DNA of 63,790 nt, the filler included, from Octopus bimaculoides (lineage: Eukaryota): assembly GCF_001194135.2 (NCBI RefSeq). It is 6 parts of 6 records of this genome, joined end to end, with 100 filler letters (N's around TTAATTAATTAA, not from the genome) between each part and the next. Parts side by side here need not be neighbours in the genome. Positions count along the whole stretch, not along the records: positions 1 to 13,571 come from NC_068989.1; 5 more parts are not named here. One strand, written 5' to 3'. The notes beneath the pieces are model-generated. The model was not told the DNA's origin. It ran no database searches and worked only from the letters and a program-made list of their open reading frames with translations. The position numbers and the translations under genes were made by a program. The stretch's first letter is position 1; each line of letters starts with the position of its first letter. This document shows positions 1-12,057 of this stretch, in pieces.

Positions 1-774
1 ATATATATATATATATACAACACAATCAAAATTGGCACAAACACTGCATAAGGTATGCAAATAAAATTGGCAACCACGTACATTCATATAGGTCCTACCT
101 ACTTTTATCGATTTGTCCTCATACACGTGTGCGCACGCGCACACACTAATATACGTATACCTACATATATACACATATAACTGCAGGTACACACATTCAT
201 GCGCAAACATACTATTGTAAATATGTCTTCTTTCAGTCTATATAGTCTATCTAGTTATATTAACGTAAGGAATTTATTATATGAATATATTGTATACAAT
301 ATGTTTATATATGAATATATTATGTATATATGTATGCATATATGTGTTTATACGTATATGTGTGTCCATGTGTTCTCAAACACAACCTTCGGCTAATATA
401 CGCCTGAGACAATAATATAGACAAATGAAACTATATTTACATATTATGTGTTTTTGTACGTACTTATATGTATGTGTACATGTTTATATATATATTTATA
501 TATGCTATCGGGCGGCTTTTAAACTAGCTCCTTGGGCCCAACAATGACACTTCATGCATTGAGTACATATTAAATTTTAATAAACTCGGCCAATATTTTT
601 CAAGCAATGAACAATTTTCATCGAAACAATGATAAAATTTGTCGACTTAGAAATTATTGCAAAGCTTCATGATAAGCAACATTTTTTGTCTTCCCCTTCG
701 GGAGTCAGTACAATTTTCTTTTTTCTGTCTAACCTTTTTCTTTCTCTCTTAACCTCTTTCTGTTGATTGTTTTC

Positions 775-1040
775 AAACATCACCATCACCAGTACTACCA
801 CCATCGCCACCACAACTGCCATACGCACACCATTCAGACTTCTGACGCCACCACCATCAATACCTTTGACTTCTTCACCTTCCTCTCCACCACAATCATC
901 GCTGTCTTTCACATCGATTACTATCACCGTTACCCAGACCACCTCGGCTACCACCACCATCATCACCATCGCCTCCGCCTCTATCACAACTACAGCTCAA
1001 ACTATTATTATCGCCCCATTACCATCACAACCGTGAATCT
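775..1040. repeat. Degenerate (ACC/ATC)n trinucleotide low-complexity tract
   Basis: Runs of cac/cat/acc/atc; His- or Thr/Ser-rich ORFs appear in several frames, as expected of a microsatellite. Confidence 0.8.
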
Positions 1041-1574
1041 ACTACCGCCTTCACCCCAGCATGAGGAATAGTAGAAATGCCTCTGAATAGTGAGAGAGAG
1101 GGTCAGAGTGGGACACACTGACACATAGAAATTCGTTTTGGCATCTATTATTATAGATATACATACATACATACATATACAAACTCACACACACATACAC
1201 ATACACACAGACACATATATACAGTACTATAATCAAAAAAACACGAACACGATGTAAAAAAAAAACAAGCTTAGTATATTAGGTTTGCGCCCAGCAATAA
1301 TTAGAAGTATCTTACGTTTCGAGTATACGCTCTTCTACAGAAAGAATAGGCGAAGAGAGACAAAACAGAGAGAGAAAAAAACACACGTGTTTCAATTAGA
1401 CGGTCACCACATTCTGAAATGACCAGAAGATGAAGGAGACAACTGCGAAGTTGACTTGAAGCGTGGGTGGCAGCGAAAACAACGGTGACCTGGAATATGT
1501 GTAGGTTGCATAGAGAAACTGTGTGGCTATATGGATATATTTATGGTTAAAATAGACGGCACTCGATTTTCTAG

Positions 1575-1636
1575 GTTGCATGTATAAATTCGGTGATTGT
1601 GAGGATGGGCTACAAGAATCTGACGGAGTGACGCAC
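1575..1636 (+). CDS. Possible 62-nt internal exon (xCMYKFGDCEDGLQESDGVTH), product unknown
   Basis: Acceptor gattttctag|G and strong donor CAC|gtgagt with an open frame (phase 1 to 0); no homology recognised. Confidence 0.25.
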
Positions 1637-1974
1637 GTGAGTGCACCAAGTAACTCTATATTCCTTAACGATCTGTATATTATATATATGTGTATACATA
1701 TGTGAATGCGTGTGCGTGTGAGTATGTGTGTACATGTATGTGTGTATGTATGCATTTATGTGTACATATGTGTGGATATGTGTGGATGTCTATATACAGA
1801 TGCGTTTAAAACACACATATATGTGTATGTGTGCGTGTTCATATTTAAAAACATGGTTGTGTGTATGTAGATATGTATGTGTATCTACTGAAGCTAAAAG
1901 GACTTCTCAAACTGTTACTTAGGGTTCCACGTAACTGACCATAGAACAGTAAAACAAAGGAATTTTTTTTACTG

Positions 1975-2228
1975 TATCTTTGGTGTTTATTTATTTTATT
2001 TTTTTTACTTGTTTCAGTCATTTGACTGCAGTCATGTTGGAGCACCGCGTTAAAGGGTTTTTTAGTCGAAGAAATCGACCCCAGAATTTATTGTTTGTAA
2101 GCCTAGTACTTATTTTATAGCTCGCTTTTGCTGAACCGCTAGGTTACGGAGGCGTAAACACACCAGCATCGGTTGTCAAGCAATGGTAGGGCAACAAACA
2201 CAGGCACAATAACACAACAGACGCGTAA

Positions 2229-2264
<36 letters not shown>
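1975..2264 (-). mobile_element. OR2-like tRNA/CORE SINE, 3' portion
   Basis: Reverse complement of a block repeated in the window (tttacgtccccgtaacttagcggttc...gactgaaacaagtaaaag) with internal (GT)n; family name from recalled octopus SINE literature. Confidence 0.7.
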
Positions 2265-2484
2265 NNNNNNNNNNNNNNNNNNNNNNNNNNNNNNNNNNNN
2301 NNNNNNNNNNNNNNNNNNNNNNNNNNNNNNNNNNNNNNNNNNNNNNNNNNNNNNNNNNNNNNNNNNNNNNNNNNNNNNNNNNNNNNNNNNNNNNNNNNNN
2401 NNNNNNNNNNNNNNNNNNNNNNNNNNNNNNNNNNNNNNNNNNNNNNNNNNCGTGCGTGCGTGCGTGCGTGCGTGCGTATGTGTG

Positions 2485-2738
2485 TGTGTCGTTAGCCAGC
2501 ATGAAGAGATGTCATCCTGGGGCTATAAACGCCAGTAGCACTCCCGTATAGGACGCCACGCTTGGTTGGCAATTATATGTTATGATTCCCTATTGCTACT
2601 GTTTACGTCTCGCTCAAAGATTTAATATAGCTTATTTCTCCCTTTTCGAGATCAGCGACGGTTCGTCGCTGGAAAAAGCATATAGTATTTTGCGAGTGGG
2701 GTGAATTTTCATCACTAGGTGGTGATTATCACGTTGAT
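2485..2738 (+). mobile_element. Diverged partial copy of the 349-nt hammerhead (retrozyme-like) unit
   Basis: Colinear with 29437-29653 and continuing into 29654-29693 (agccagc..gagatgtc.tcctggggcta; gccac..tggcaat; tcga.atcag.ga..ctggaaaaa; tcatca..aggt.ggt..tatc..cg.tgat). Confidence 0.75.
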
Positions 2739-2889
2739 CTGAGTTACGACTTTTTATTTGAATTTCTGAATTGTTGTAATACGGAATTGTTGAGTTAATG
2801 TACTGTTGAATTGTTGAATATTGTGTTGCATTTGTGAAATTGTAGAAGATTTTGTTTGGCTTCCCCATTTATGGGCGAAGCGGTTGAAT

Positions 2890-3350
2890 AACGGAAATAT
2901 GAATTCACAGGTCCAGACAGGTAGTTATACTGCGGTAACAGGCAGAAGCCTGATAGCCGAGCTACTGCAGGTTCGAGAACTGGAAGTGAAAGACACGGAC
3001 TACAAGAAATATGATAACCTGTTGAAGAAGAAAGGAGGATGCCTTAGAGTGACCCCCACCCCTTTCCCAAAGAAGTAGTAGAGAAGTCGGAAAGAATAAC
3101 AATTACTTATTGAATGCTGAATATAGCGATAAGAAAAGTAGAAATAGCAGGCGTCGAAGAGATAGAAGAATGTTTGAAGAACGTAAAGGACGTAACGACA
3201 TTCTATAACAGAGGAAGAAAATTTGGCACGGTAGAGGTACGCTTCGTGAATGAGAACGAAGCAAAGAAGTACTCTACCGTAGCCTTGAAAACGGCAAAGT
3301 GGACACTCTTACCTACTTACTGTGGCAGAAAGAAGCGCAAGGATACAAAC
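2890..3350 (+). pseudogene. Frameshifted ORF1 (gag/RRM-like) 5' fragment of an L1/Tx1-type LINE
   Basis: Two offset ORFs (...YDNLLKKKGGCLRVTP; LNIAIRKVEIAGVEEIEE...RGRKFGTVEVRF...WTLLPTYCGR) resembling LINE ORF1 RRM regions; cut off by a SINE. Confidence 0.45.
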
Positions 3351-3374
3351 TGAAAGAAGCGCAAGGATACATAT

Positions 3375-3640
3375 ATCTTTGCGTGTGTGTGTGTGTATGT
3401 GTGTATGTGTGTGCGTGTGTGTCTTTGTTTCGGTGTTTGTCTCCCACTATCGCTTGATAATCGGTGTCGGTGTGTTTACGTCCTCGTAATTCAGCAGCTC
3501 TGCAAAAGAGATCGATAAGTACCAAACTTAGAAAAGACATAAGCATTAGGGTTCCTTCGTTCGAATAAAATTCTTCAAGGTCGTGCCCTAGCTCGGCCGC
3601 AGTCTAATGATTGAAGCAAGTAAAGAATGATAGATAAAAC
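3375..3640 (+). mobile_element. OR2-like SINE, 3' portion
   Basis: (GT)n then gtttgtctcccactatcgcttgataatcggtg...gcagtctaatgattgaagcaagtaaaag, same family as 1975-2264. Confidence 0.7.
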
Positions 3641-4474
3641 AGATTTCTACCTTTATTTAAACTTAAAGCTAAGCATTGGACTCCTAGTCTAACAAATTTA
3701 AGTAAAAGTGTATTCTGCGAACTACAACGCCATAAATTTGGGTATAATACATTATAAACAACATTATCAAGATGCATAACATTTTTATTAGATTATGAGC
3801 TGCTCTTTGGACTTCCAGCAAAGCAAATATTCGAGGATGGTTTATTCGACCATCATTAAATCATTTTCAATGAAGAAAAAATATTCAAATTGTAATTTAG
3901 TAGATTAGTTCTAACTACATGTACACCTAAAAATATCACAACCCACTTCTTCACATTGTTTCCACCATGACATAGCTAACTTTAATTGAACCCGATACAA
4001 ACTCTAGGTTTTTCTCTCATCTTTAACACTCATGAACAGCCCAACCTGGGGTAAAACTCAGAGTAGACCGTCAACTTTGATATAATAAATATATGTATGT
4101 GCTTGCATATGTATTAAGGTTTGATTTTGTCAAATTATATATTTATAACAAAAATGATTTTACACTTTACATGGAGGATTACTCAATACTTTTTAATAGA
4201 GTACATGCTTATTAAAATTTTCATGGAAGAGGGTAACAGTGTCTTCGAAGTTTCGGTTTTCTCAACTTTGTCATACTAACAGACAGGCAGATACACTGTG
4301 CGTCCAAAAATATTTACATATTTTAGAGCTAACTACTCGCTTTTCATTTCTTTTTAAATTTAACCTATTAGAAATAACCCTTTCTGCTATAGGCATAAGG
4401 TCTGGAATTACCCGCTATATATGTTACCCGGCGTGCTAATCATTCTACCAACTCGCTGCCTTCTTATTACAAAT

Positions 4475-5710
4475 AATGAAGGGAGCTAGCTTAAGTTTTG
4501 AACAATGAAATTTATCTTTGAATGATATAAGAAGTTTGAAAACGCAGTCGAAGTGCAAAGACAGTTAAAGAGAGAATTTCAAACAGATCCACTTCCGCAA
4601 CTTACCATCACGCAAATTAGAAGCAAGTTTGAAGTAGATGGAACTGTTCAGAATGTCCCCAAGAAATATTCCGAAAGACTGCGGGCATGACCATGCCTCA
4701 CAAAACAAGTAAGGGTACTAGAAACGTATCGCCACAGTTCAAGTATAATCTTGCGGCAAGAGAGTTGTGAGATAGGAATTTTAAAAGAGTCCATCGCATT
4801 TTGAAATGCTGTCATTGGAAAATTTACATTCCAAGAATATATATTAATGACAGAAGCAGCATTAATACCGAGAGGTAATATTTATTCCCACTTAAACGTG
4901 TATGTTGTTATTAGAACAAACTATACTGCGCTAGTTACCATGACAGAAACTCTCATACTGGCTTTCTGATGCAAAATGCATTTTAGTTTATATCGTTAAT
5001 TGAACATCGACGTTTAAGTGGAGATAAATATTGCCATTCCAAGAATAGCCCATGCTGCTCGTGAAGATGATCACAACTGCAGAGTGATGTTTCGCGAGTA
5101 GCACTTGACAAGATGTGTAGATGCTCTTTCCAACAAAAAGTATTTTCAGTAATGAGGCTACATTTAAATTAAATAGCTCAATTAAGAGCTTCAATTTCAC
5201 CTACTGTGTAATGAGGATCCGCATATGATGGAGGAACATCATGTTAATTTAACAGGATTTACAGTATGGTTCGAGTTATCATTGAAAGTATTAACTGGGC
5301 CGTTTATTTTGGACGGTACTTTGATTGATCCCATTTACTTGAACTTACTGCGACAGTCCGTCATGCCAAGCATTCAAGAGAATTTTAAAGGTGTGGAGTT
5401 CTACTTCCGGCATGTTGAGGTATTATTACACCACACTCATAATGTAATAGCCTACCTCGATAACATTTTTGCCAGACAGACGGGTTCGACGAAGAGGTTT
5501 AGCAAAATACCTACCGCGTTCACCCGACTTCACACAACCACACTTTGGATAGGGATACTTAAGAGATAAAGTTACGATACAAAAGCGGTAACAGTCGATG
5601 AATTGATGCAGCCATTGAACGAGAATGCGCACAAATACCGAACAAAATGTTTTTCGACGTTTGCTTCGTGTTATCAGCAGTGCCCGGATCAGAACGGTCA
5701 TCTGATTGAA
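4475..5710 (+). pseudogene. Decayed Tc1/mariner-superfamily transposase (DUF4817-like HTH plus DDD/E catalytic region)
   Basis: FENAVEVQRQLKREF...TITQIRSKFEVDG; KVFFSNEATFKLN; VWFELSLKVLTGPFILDG...YLNLL; many stops and frameshifts. Confidence 0.8.
4840..5034. mobile_element. 195-bp insertion in the transposase, flanked by a 13-bp direct repeat
   Basis: cattccaagaata at 4827-4839 and 5035-5047; internal 23-bp inverted repeat 4877-4899 / 5010-5032. Confidence 0.65.
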
Positions 5711-5844
5711 AATAGGAGTTCTTGCAAAACAAACAAATGAAATTCTGACTCTAGATTCTATGAAATTATGAAAATGAAATTTATTTTCATAAACACTGAC
5801 TGTACAAGAGAGTTGGAGTTTGCTTGAAGCATTGTAGAACAGAA

Positions 5845-6030
5845 GTAGAAAAAGAAAAGGGAAATAAAGCTTCTAACAATGCAGAAAGTTTTACAAAAAC
5901 ATTTATATTTCGCACGCAAATATTTGACTGCATCCTTCTGAAGATAGTCCTTTGTACCCGAAATATAAAGGTTTTTGTAAAACTTTCAGCATTAATAGTA
6001 GCTTTATTTCCCTTTTCTTTTTCTACTACT
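5845..6030 (+). repeat. Fold-back element (about 50-bp inverted arms) enclosing a minimal hammerhead motif at 5934-5971
   Basis: aaaagaaaagggaaataaagct...gttttacaaaaac vs gtttttgtaaaact...agctttatttcccttttctttt; CCTT-CTGAAGA-...accc-GAAATATA-AAGG. Confidence 0.6.
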
Positions 6031-6447
6031 GATTGTATAATACTTCAAGGTTTGTATCTATCTTTGAAACACTGTGTGTTTATATACATATAGGTGCAGT
6101 AGAGCAGAATGGTTAAGAAGCGCGCTTCTTAACAATGATGCTCTGAGTTTCAACCTACAGCTGACGTCTTGGGAAAATGCCATTTTCCTTGTCACACACT
6201 GCGTCATGTTGATTCCACCTGCGAATAATGTTCAGGGTGTCCAGTGTCTGTGGAATTCTCAGCCACTCAGTCAATGAGCGAGCAATTCATTTGAGTTCAT
6301 CGAACAACTGAATCTTCTTTGTCAAAACTAATGGAGAACCATCCATATGTTATATTTAAAGACGTCAACGAAAAATCTCCAGACATGTTCTTGGCCCCCA
6401 GACAGAAGATAAACTGTTTTTACTTCAATTTTTTATAAAATTTTATT

Positions 6448-6487
6448 GATATTTGATAAGACAAAATACATCGAAACCGGTAATATT
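6448..6487 (+). ncRNA. Minimal type I hammerhead motif, U3-A8 variant, upstream of the Penelope ORF
   Basis: gatat TTGATAA ga..tc GAAAC CG GTA atatt; 5-bp stem I, weak stem II. Confidence 0.5.
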
Positions 6488-6626
6488 TTCTTTATATAAT
6501 TTATTAAATAATTTTCATTAAATTCCCTTTTAAACTAAGATGTTTAGATTTACTTCTGTGCTATTTCCATCTCCATCTTTTATATATAAAAATTAAATTT
6601 GTATAGATCTCTCATCTTTTTTCACC

Positions 6627-6654
<28 letters not shown>

Positions 6655-6657
<3 letters not shown>

Positions 6658-8190
6658 CTACATGCTACTTCATGGACATTCTCCTGAAACCATACTTAAA
6701 ACACATTTAAAGTTACATCAGAAATGATTTGGACATGATAAACCACCTCCCAGAACAGGTCGAGGAAGAAACATTCATGGTTACATTCGATGTCATCAAC
6801 TTATATACCAACATACCACATAATTATGGGATAGTAGCTATTCGATTCTGGCTGGAACAACATCCAGAAGAAATACCAGAATGAATCAACAAAGAATTCA
6901 TCATTGAAACCATAAAACTTATCCCCCATAATAGTCACTTCATGTTTGATACCACTGTCTACCGCCAAAAATATGGAATTGCGATGGGTACGAAAGCAGC
7001 GCCTACCATTGACAATCTTACAATGGGATTCTTAGAAAAAGCAATGTATCAGGAGTTACTGCTAAAATTTGGAGACCCTCTCGCCCAATACATAAAGGGA
7101 AATTGGAAGAGATTTTTAGACGACTGCTTCATACTATGGAATGAAAACATAAACAAACTCCTGGGATTCAAAACACTCCTAAACAGCATCAACACAAACA
7201 TACAATTTACAATAGAATACAACCAGGAGGAACTACCATTCTTAGACATACTGATTAAAAAAACAAACAACAAAATAGAAACAGACACCTTTTATAAAAG
7301 ACAGATGCTAAGCAATACCTTCTTTTTAGCTCTTGTCACCCGAGACATACGAAAACAAATTTCCCCTTCAATCTTGCAAGAAGGATCTGCACCATCGTTT
7401 CGGAGGAAAATGCCAGGGATTTATGATTACAGGAACTCAAAAGCATACTCCTGGACAGGCTCTACCCAATCTAACTTATAAACGAAGAGATAAAACATGC
7501 GAAATCCATCAATACTGAAGCACTAAGAAAAACCAAAGGCAACAACAAATCTACTCTTAAAATATTACCCTGCATATCAACATACAACCCCAGAAACAAA
7601 GAAGCATTCAACGCAATCATACAAAATCTACAAATACTACATAAGCACCCTAAACTGAAAAGAATTCTACTTTACCTTAAAATAGTAAAATAGTCAAAAG
7701 CAACAAACAGCCCAAGTCACTAAAGAAAATACTAACAAATGCAAAATTACTCCCAACTACAACCAACGCAAAAGTGATAAAAAAAAGTAATCGCTCCAAC
7801 TGTGGAACATGCCCCAACCTTTTGGAAGGGTCAGAATACCATTTCATACAAGGGCAACATTTTACAATCAAATCAGATTTCACTTGTGCGTCCGAAAATC
7901 TAATTTATGTGATCAGATGCTCGGACTGCCAGAAAGATTATGTCAGAAGTATGGGAAATTCTATCGGTCGCCGCTGTACAGTGCACCGTCAAAAAATAGC
8001 TTCACCACAATATCGCCAGATATATCTCCGCGAACATATTGACGTATGTGCTAAACAATTGCAATTACAATTCTATATATTCCCTCTGTACAAATTTGCT
8101 GACTGAACCTCAACACAAGCTCGTCTTAATAAAGAAGCCTCATTCATCCAGAAATATAGACCAGAAGTCAACATTAGTTTATTTTAGTAA
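6655..8190 (+). pseudogene. Penelope-like retroelement, 5'-truncated RT plus C-terminal GIY-YIG endonuclease
   Basis: FDVINLYTNIPH; YRQKYGIAMGT; WKRFLDDCFILW; ELPFLDILI; CGTCP...FTCASENLIYVIRCSDCQKDYV...RRCTVHRQKI; stops and frameshifts. Confidence 0.92.
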
Positions 8191-8464
8191 CAACTAACCC
8201 CCGCTAGAACAGAACAACAATCAATTTTTCTCTCCATCTTTGAAATATTTGTAAATAACTCCTAAAACTTGTGTATATATCTCACAAATCTGTATACATT
8301 AAGAATATCAGTCCGAAGACCCTAACAATACTTTGAAAGTAACTTGCAATTTTCAGATAAATTGAAGAGTTACATCCATTTGACTGCAAGAATTATAGTC
8401 AACATCAAAAATGGCGTCCCCATGATTTGACAAAAATTCTCTCTGTACTGAAACCTGAGACCTT

Positions 8465-8503
8465 GAAAATTTGATAAGCGTAAGACGCGAAACCGGTATT
8501 CTC
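8465..8503 (+). ncRNA. Minimal type I hammerhead motif, U3-A8 variant, downstream of the Penelope ORF
   Basis: TTGATAA GCGT aag ACGC GAAAC CG GTA; perfect 4-bp stem II, stem I degraded. Confidence 0.55.
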
Positions 8504-8666
8504 AGTTTATTATATAATGTTGTAATACAACTCTTTGTTTCATTATCCCCTTAATATTAGCATAAATTTTATTATACAAACCTTCAGTGCGTTTTTACAT
8601 ATTTTTCTTTCTTAAATATATATACAAATGTATGTATGTATGTATATATGTATGTATGTATGTGTG

Positions 8667-8714
<48 letters not shown>

Positions 8715-9072
8715 NNNNNNNNNNNNNNNNNNNNNNNNNNNNNNNNNNNNNNNNNNNNNNNNNNNNNNNNNNNNNNNNNNNNNNNNNNNNNNNNNNNNNN
8801 NNNNNNNNNNNNNNNNNNNNNNNNNNNNNNNNNNNNNNNNNNNNNNNNNNNNNNNNNNNNNNNNNNNNNNNNNNNNNNNNNNNNNNNNNNNNNNNNNNNN
8901 NNNNNNNNNNNNNNNNNNNNNNNNNNNNNNNNNNNNNNNNNNNNNNNNNNNNNNNNNNNNNNNNNNNNNNNNNNNNNNNNNNNNNNNNNNNNNNNNNNNN
9001 NNNNNNNNNNNNNNNNNNNNNNNNNNNNNNNNNNNNNNNNNNNNNNNNNNNNNNNNNNNNNNNNNNNNNNNN

Positions 9073-9104
<32 letters not shown>

Positions 9105-9197
9105 TTATACATGTATATACACACAAACATACATACATATGTATGCACACATGCATATATGTGTGTGTATACACACATGAATGCATGTGTGTGTGTA

Positions 9198-9244
<47 letters not shown>

Positions 9245-9599
9245 ATGTATATAATAAACTTAATTTCCCAAGTGTACAGATTGCTTTGGGTAGCGCTTGA
9301 AGGATTAATAATATCGCAGAGAAGGAAGTCATATCAAGTGGAAATTTGATGGGCATCAATTCTTTAGCTTATATTTTCAAATAAAGACTCGTTCCTCTAG
9401 TTCTGCAGCTTGTTAATAATAAAGATAGCAACTACTTGTCTAACATTTCTAACCACAGGCAGTTCAGAAATTTCTTCCGTTCTCTCTTAGATTCTCTACA
9501 GAAATAATGTTTTCTTTGATATTCTTCTCTTATACCGTCAAGGTCTTTTCTGTTCTTTCTGTTTCCATTTTTTTTTCCCCCTTCTGGCATTGGCATTTT

Positions 9600-10015
9600 T
9601 CATGTTCATGATGATGATAATGCTGATGATGATGACGGTGATGACCGTAACGACGACGAAGAAGACGACGACAAACAAGGATGATTATGATTATGAAGAT
9701 GATGATGATGATGATATTGGGTGATGACAAGGACGGTGATACTGATGGCGATGACTACAAAACGATGACGACGACGACGATTTTGATGACGATGATGATA
9801 ACGACGGTGACGATGATGCTGACGCTGACGACGACGAAGGCAGCAACGACGACAACACCGACGACAATAACGATAAAAAGGAGTAGAGTGATGGTGGCGT
9901 GTCGACGAGGGCGATGGAGAAGACAATGGTGACGGTGATGGCAGTGGCGGTGCGACGACGACTACGGTAATGATGGTGATGATACAAAAAATCGTTGATG
10001 ATTATGGTGATGAGT
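9600..10015. repeat. (GAT/GAC)n trinucleotide tract
   Basis: Direct inspection. Confidence 0.85.
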
Positions 10016-10141
10016 GTCCTGGTAAATTGGTTATGTATGCATGTATGGATGCATGTGTCTGCATAAATATGTATATATTCATGAATATGTGTATGTATAC
10101 GCAGGTAAATCTGAGTGTGGGTATGTGTATAGATGCGTGCA

Positions 10142-10181
<40 letters not shown>

Positions 10182-10418
10182 TGTGTGCGTGCGCGCGTAC
10201 GTGTTTGCTCACTTTGGATGGTATTTTTGAAGCATTGAGAAATTTGAAATCTTTATGCAAGTTTTTTTAGTCCGTAAATGGACATAAATGTATACACATG
10301 CATGCAAANNNNNNNNNNNNNNNNNNNNNNNNNNNNNNNNNNNNNNNNNNNNNNNNNNNNNNNNNNNNNNNNNNNNNNNNNNNNNNNNNNNNNNNATATA
10401 TATATATATATATATATA

Positions 10419-11990
10419 CTAGCGGAAACACCCGTCATTGACTGGGTTGAAAGAAGCTGCCAAAACTCTACTATGAATATTGAAAACTATCCACTGCTTT
10501 CATATAAACTTCTGACCTATGATCTTTAGTATTTCAGTCTATAAATGAAGCAAACGTCGCACAGAGTTTGGCTTATGTCTCGTACAAGATAAGTAAATAA
10601 AAGTTCGGGGAAAACTAAAAACATATGTACTGTAATTTATTGAACTTAAGTATTTGAACAAACAAAAATACAAATAGCATTTCTTAGACGAATATAATGT
10701 GACGTTGACAATATTAATTCAAAGTTGTTAATCATTCTGCAAATTTTAGTTTGTTGATCTCATGGTAAAAACTTCCTTATAGGCAATATTTCGGGTTTTA
10801 CCAGTTGGGACAAATGAAAAGATTGTTCTTTCTCCCCATTCTGGGTGTCGCAACACATAACTGACCATGTGAGAAACAGTTCTCTTCTAATTGCAAACCA
10901 GCAACTTTCAAAGTCTGACCTTTGGACTTATTAATGAACATCGCAAAAGACAAACGTATTGGAAATTGAAGTCATTTGAGCTCCAAGGGCACATTGGGAA
11001 GTATTAAAGGTAAGCGAGGAATAAAAACATCTTCCCTTTTTCCACAGCCAGAAATTATTGTGGCCTGTATGACATTTCTCATTAATTTCTTAACAAGTCT
11101 TGTGCAATTGCACAGATTTGGTTGAGAAAGGTTGCGCAGAAGCATGATTGGAGAGCCTATTTTCAATGGAAGGCATTGAGGAAGAGCTCCTGGTGGGTGC
11201 AGTGAGTTTAAGAACTCAACCAGGTAATTGACTATTTCCTATTCATCCACAACAGAGTCTATATATTAGTAAGCATGTTCGTTTCCTGGTAAAAATTTCT
11301 CGAATCTTACATTTAAATTATTCACAGTAATGTTCTTTGGTGCTATGATTGCTTTTTCGCACAACCAAGCAGCATTTGTGTAATTTGAAATTATACTTGG
11401 AAGAACTTTTTCAATAAGTTCCTCAACCGAGCTGACAAAGGTGCTGGTTTCAGATGGATTCAAATCACCTTCATGGTTGATATCTAGCCTTCCTTCTCCG
11501 AGTTGCAAAATAGTATGGGCAAATTGTTCCGACAGATGATTCCTATGCAAATGTGCCTTCATATTTGTAGAAAGCTTTAACACTTTGATATGTTTCCATA
11601 AAATAGATTTCAAGCATGCTTTCAATTCATCTGCTTTTGTTCCTCTGGTTCCTCTGCCACAAGGTTAATGGGTTACTTCACAGTTCAGGAGAATTGCAAA
11701 TAGATCTCTCAAAGAAATAGGTGTGCATGACACTGAGGACTCAGCCATTGTTCTATCCCAGATTGTCATCTAACAAATTTAAGGCTAAATTGGCTTCTTT
11801 ATAAGTATGAACAGTTTGACCATCAACCATTCTTATAAAGGAGAAGGAAGTCGGTCCTCTTATTTCATGCAGAAACAGCTTCAAAAAGAAACATTCATAG
11901 TGACTCGGATGCACAGAATTAACTCTTCCGATTGTCGAGTCAACTAATTTTATAATTGGATGACCCTCAACGTCAACTCCACTTTTTCTT
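10419..11990 (-). mobile_element. Internally deleted Helitron: post-Rep linker, PIF1-like helicase C-terminal half and intact 3' end
   Basis: EIRGPTSF; [14 protein letters not shown]; STNM; [10 protein letters not shown]; [26 protein letters not shown]; hairpin acccagtcaatgacgggt, then CTAG, then T, inserted in (TA)n. Confidence 0.92.
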
Positions 11991-12057
11991 ATAGCAATAT
12001 AAAGTAATAGAGATTATTACAGTTATACACACGCACATACACACATACACACACGAG

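Noticed and set aside
763-1071. His-rich and Thr/Ser-rich ORFs as metal-binding or mucin-like proteins
   Set aside because: Overlapping ORFs in three frames from one (ACC/ATC)n tract; no exon boundaries found
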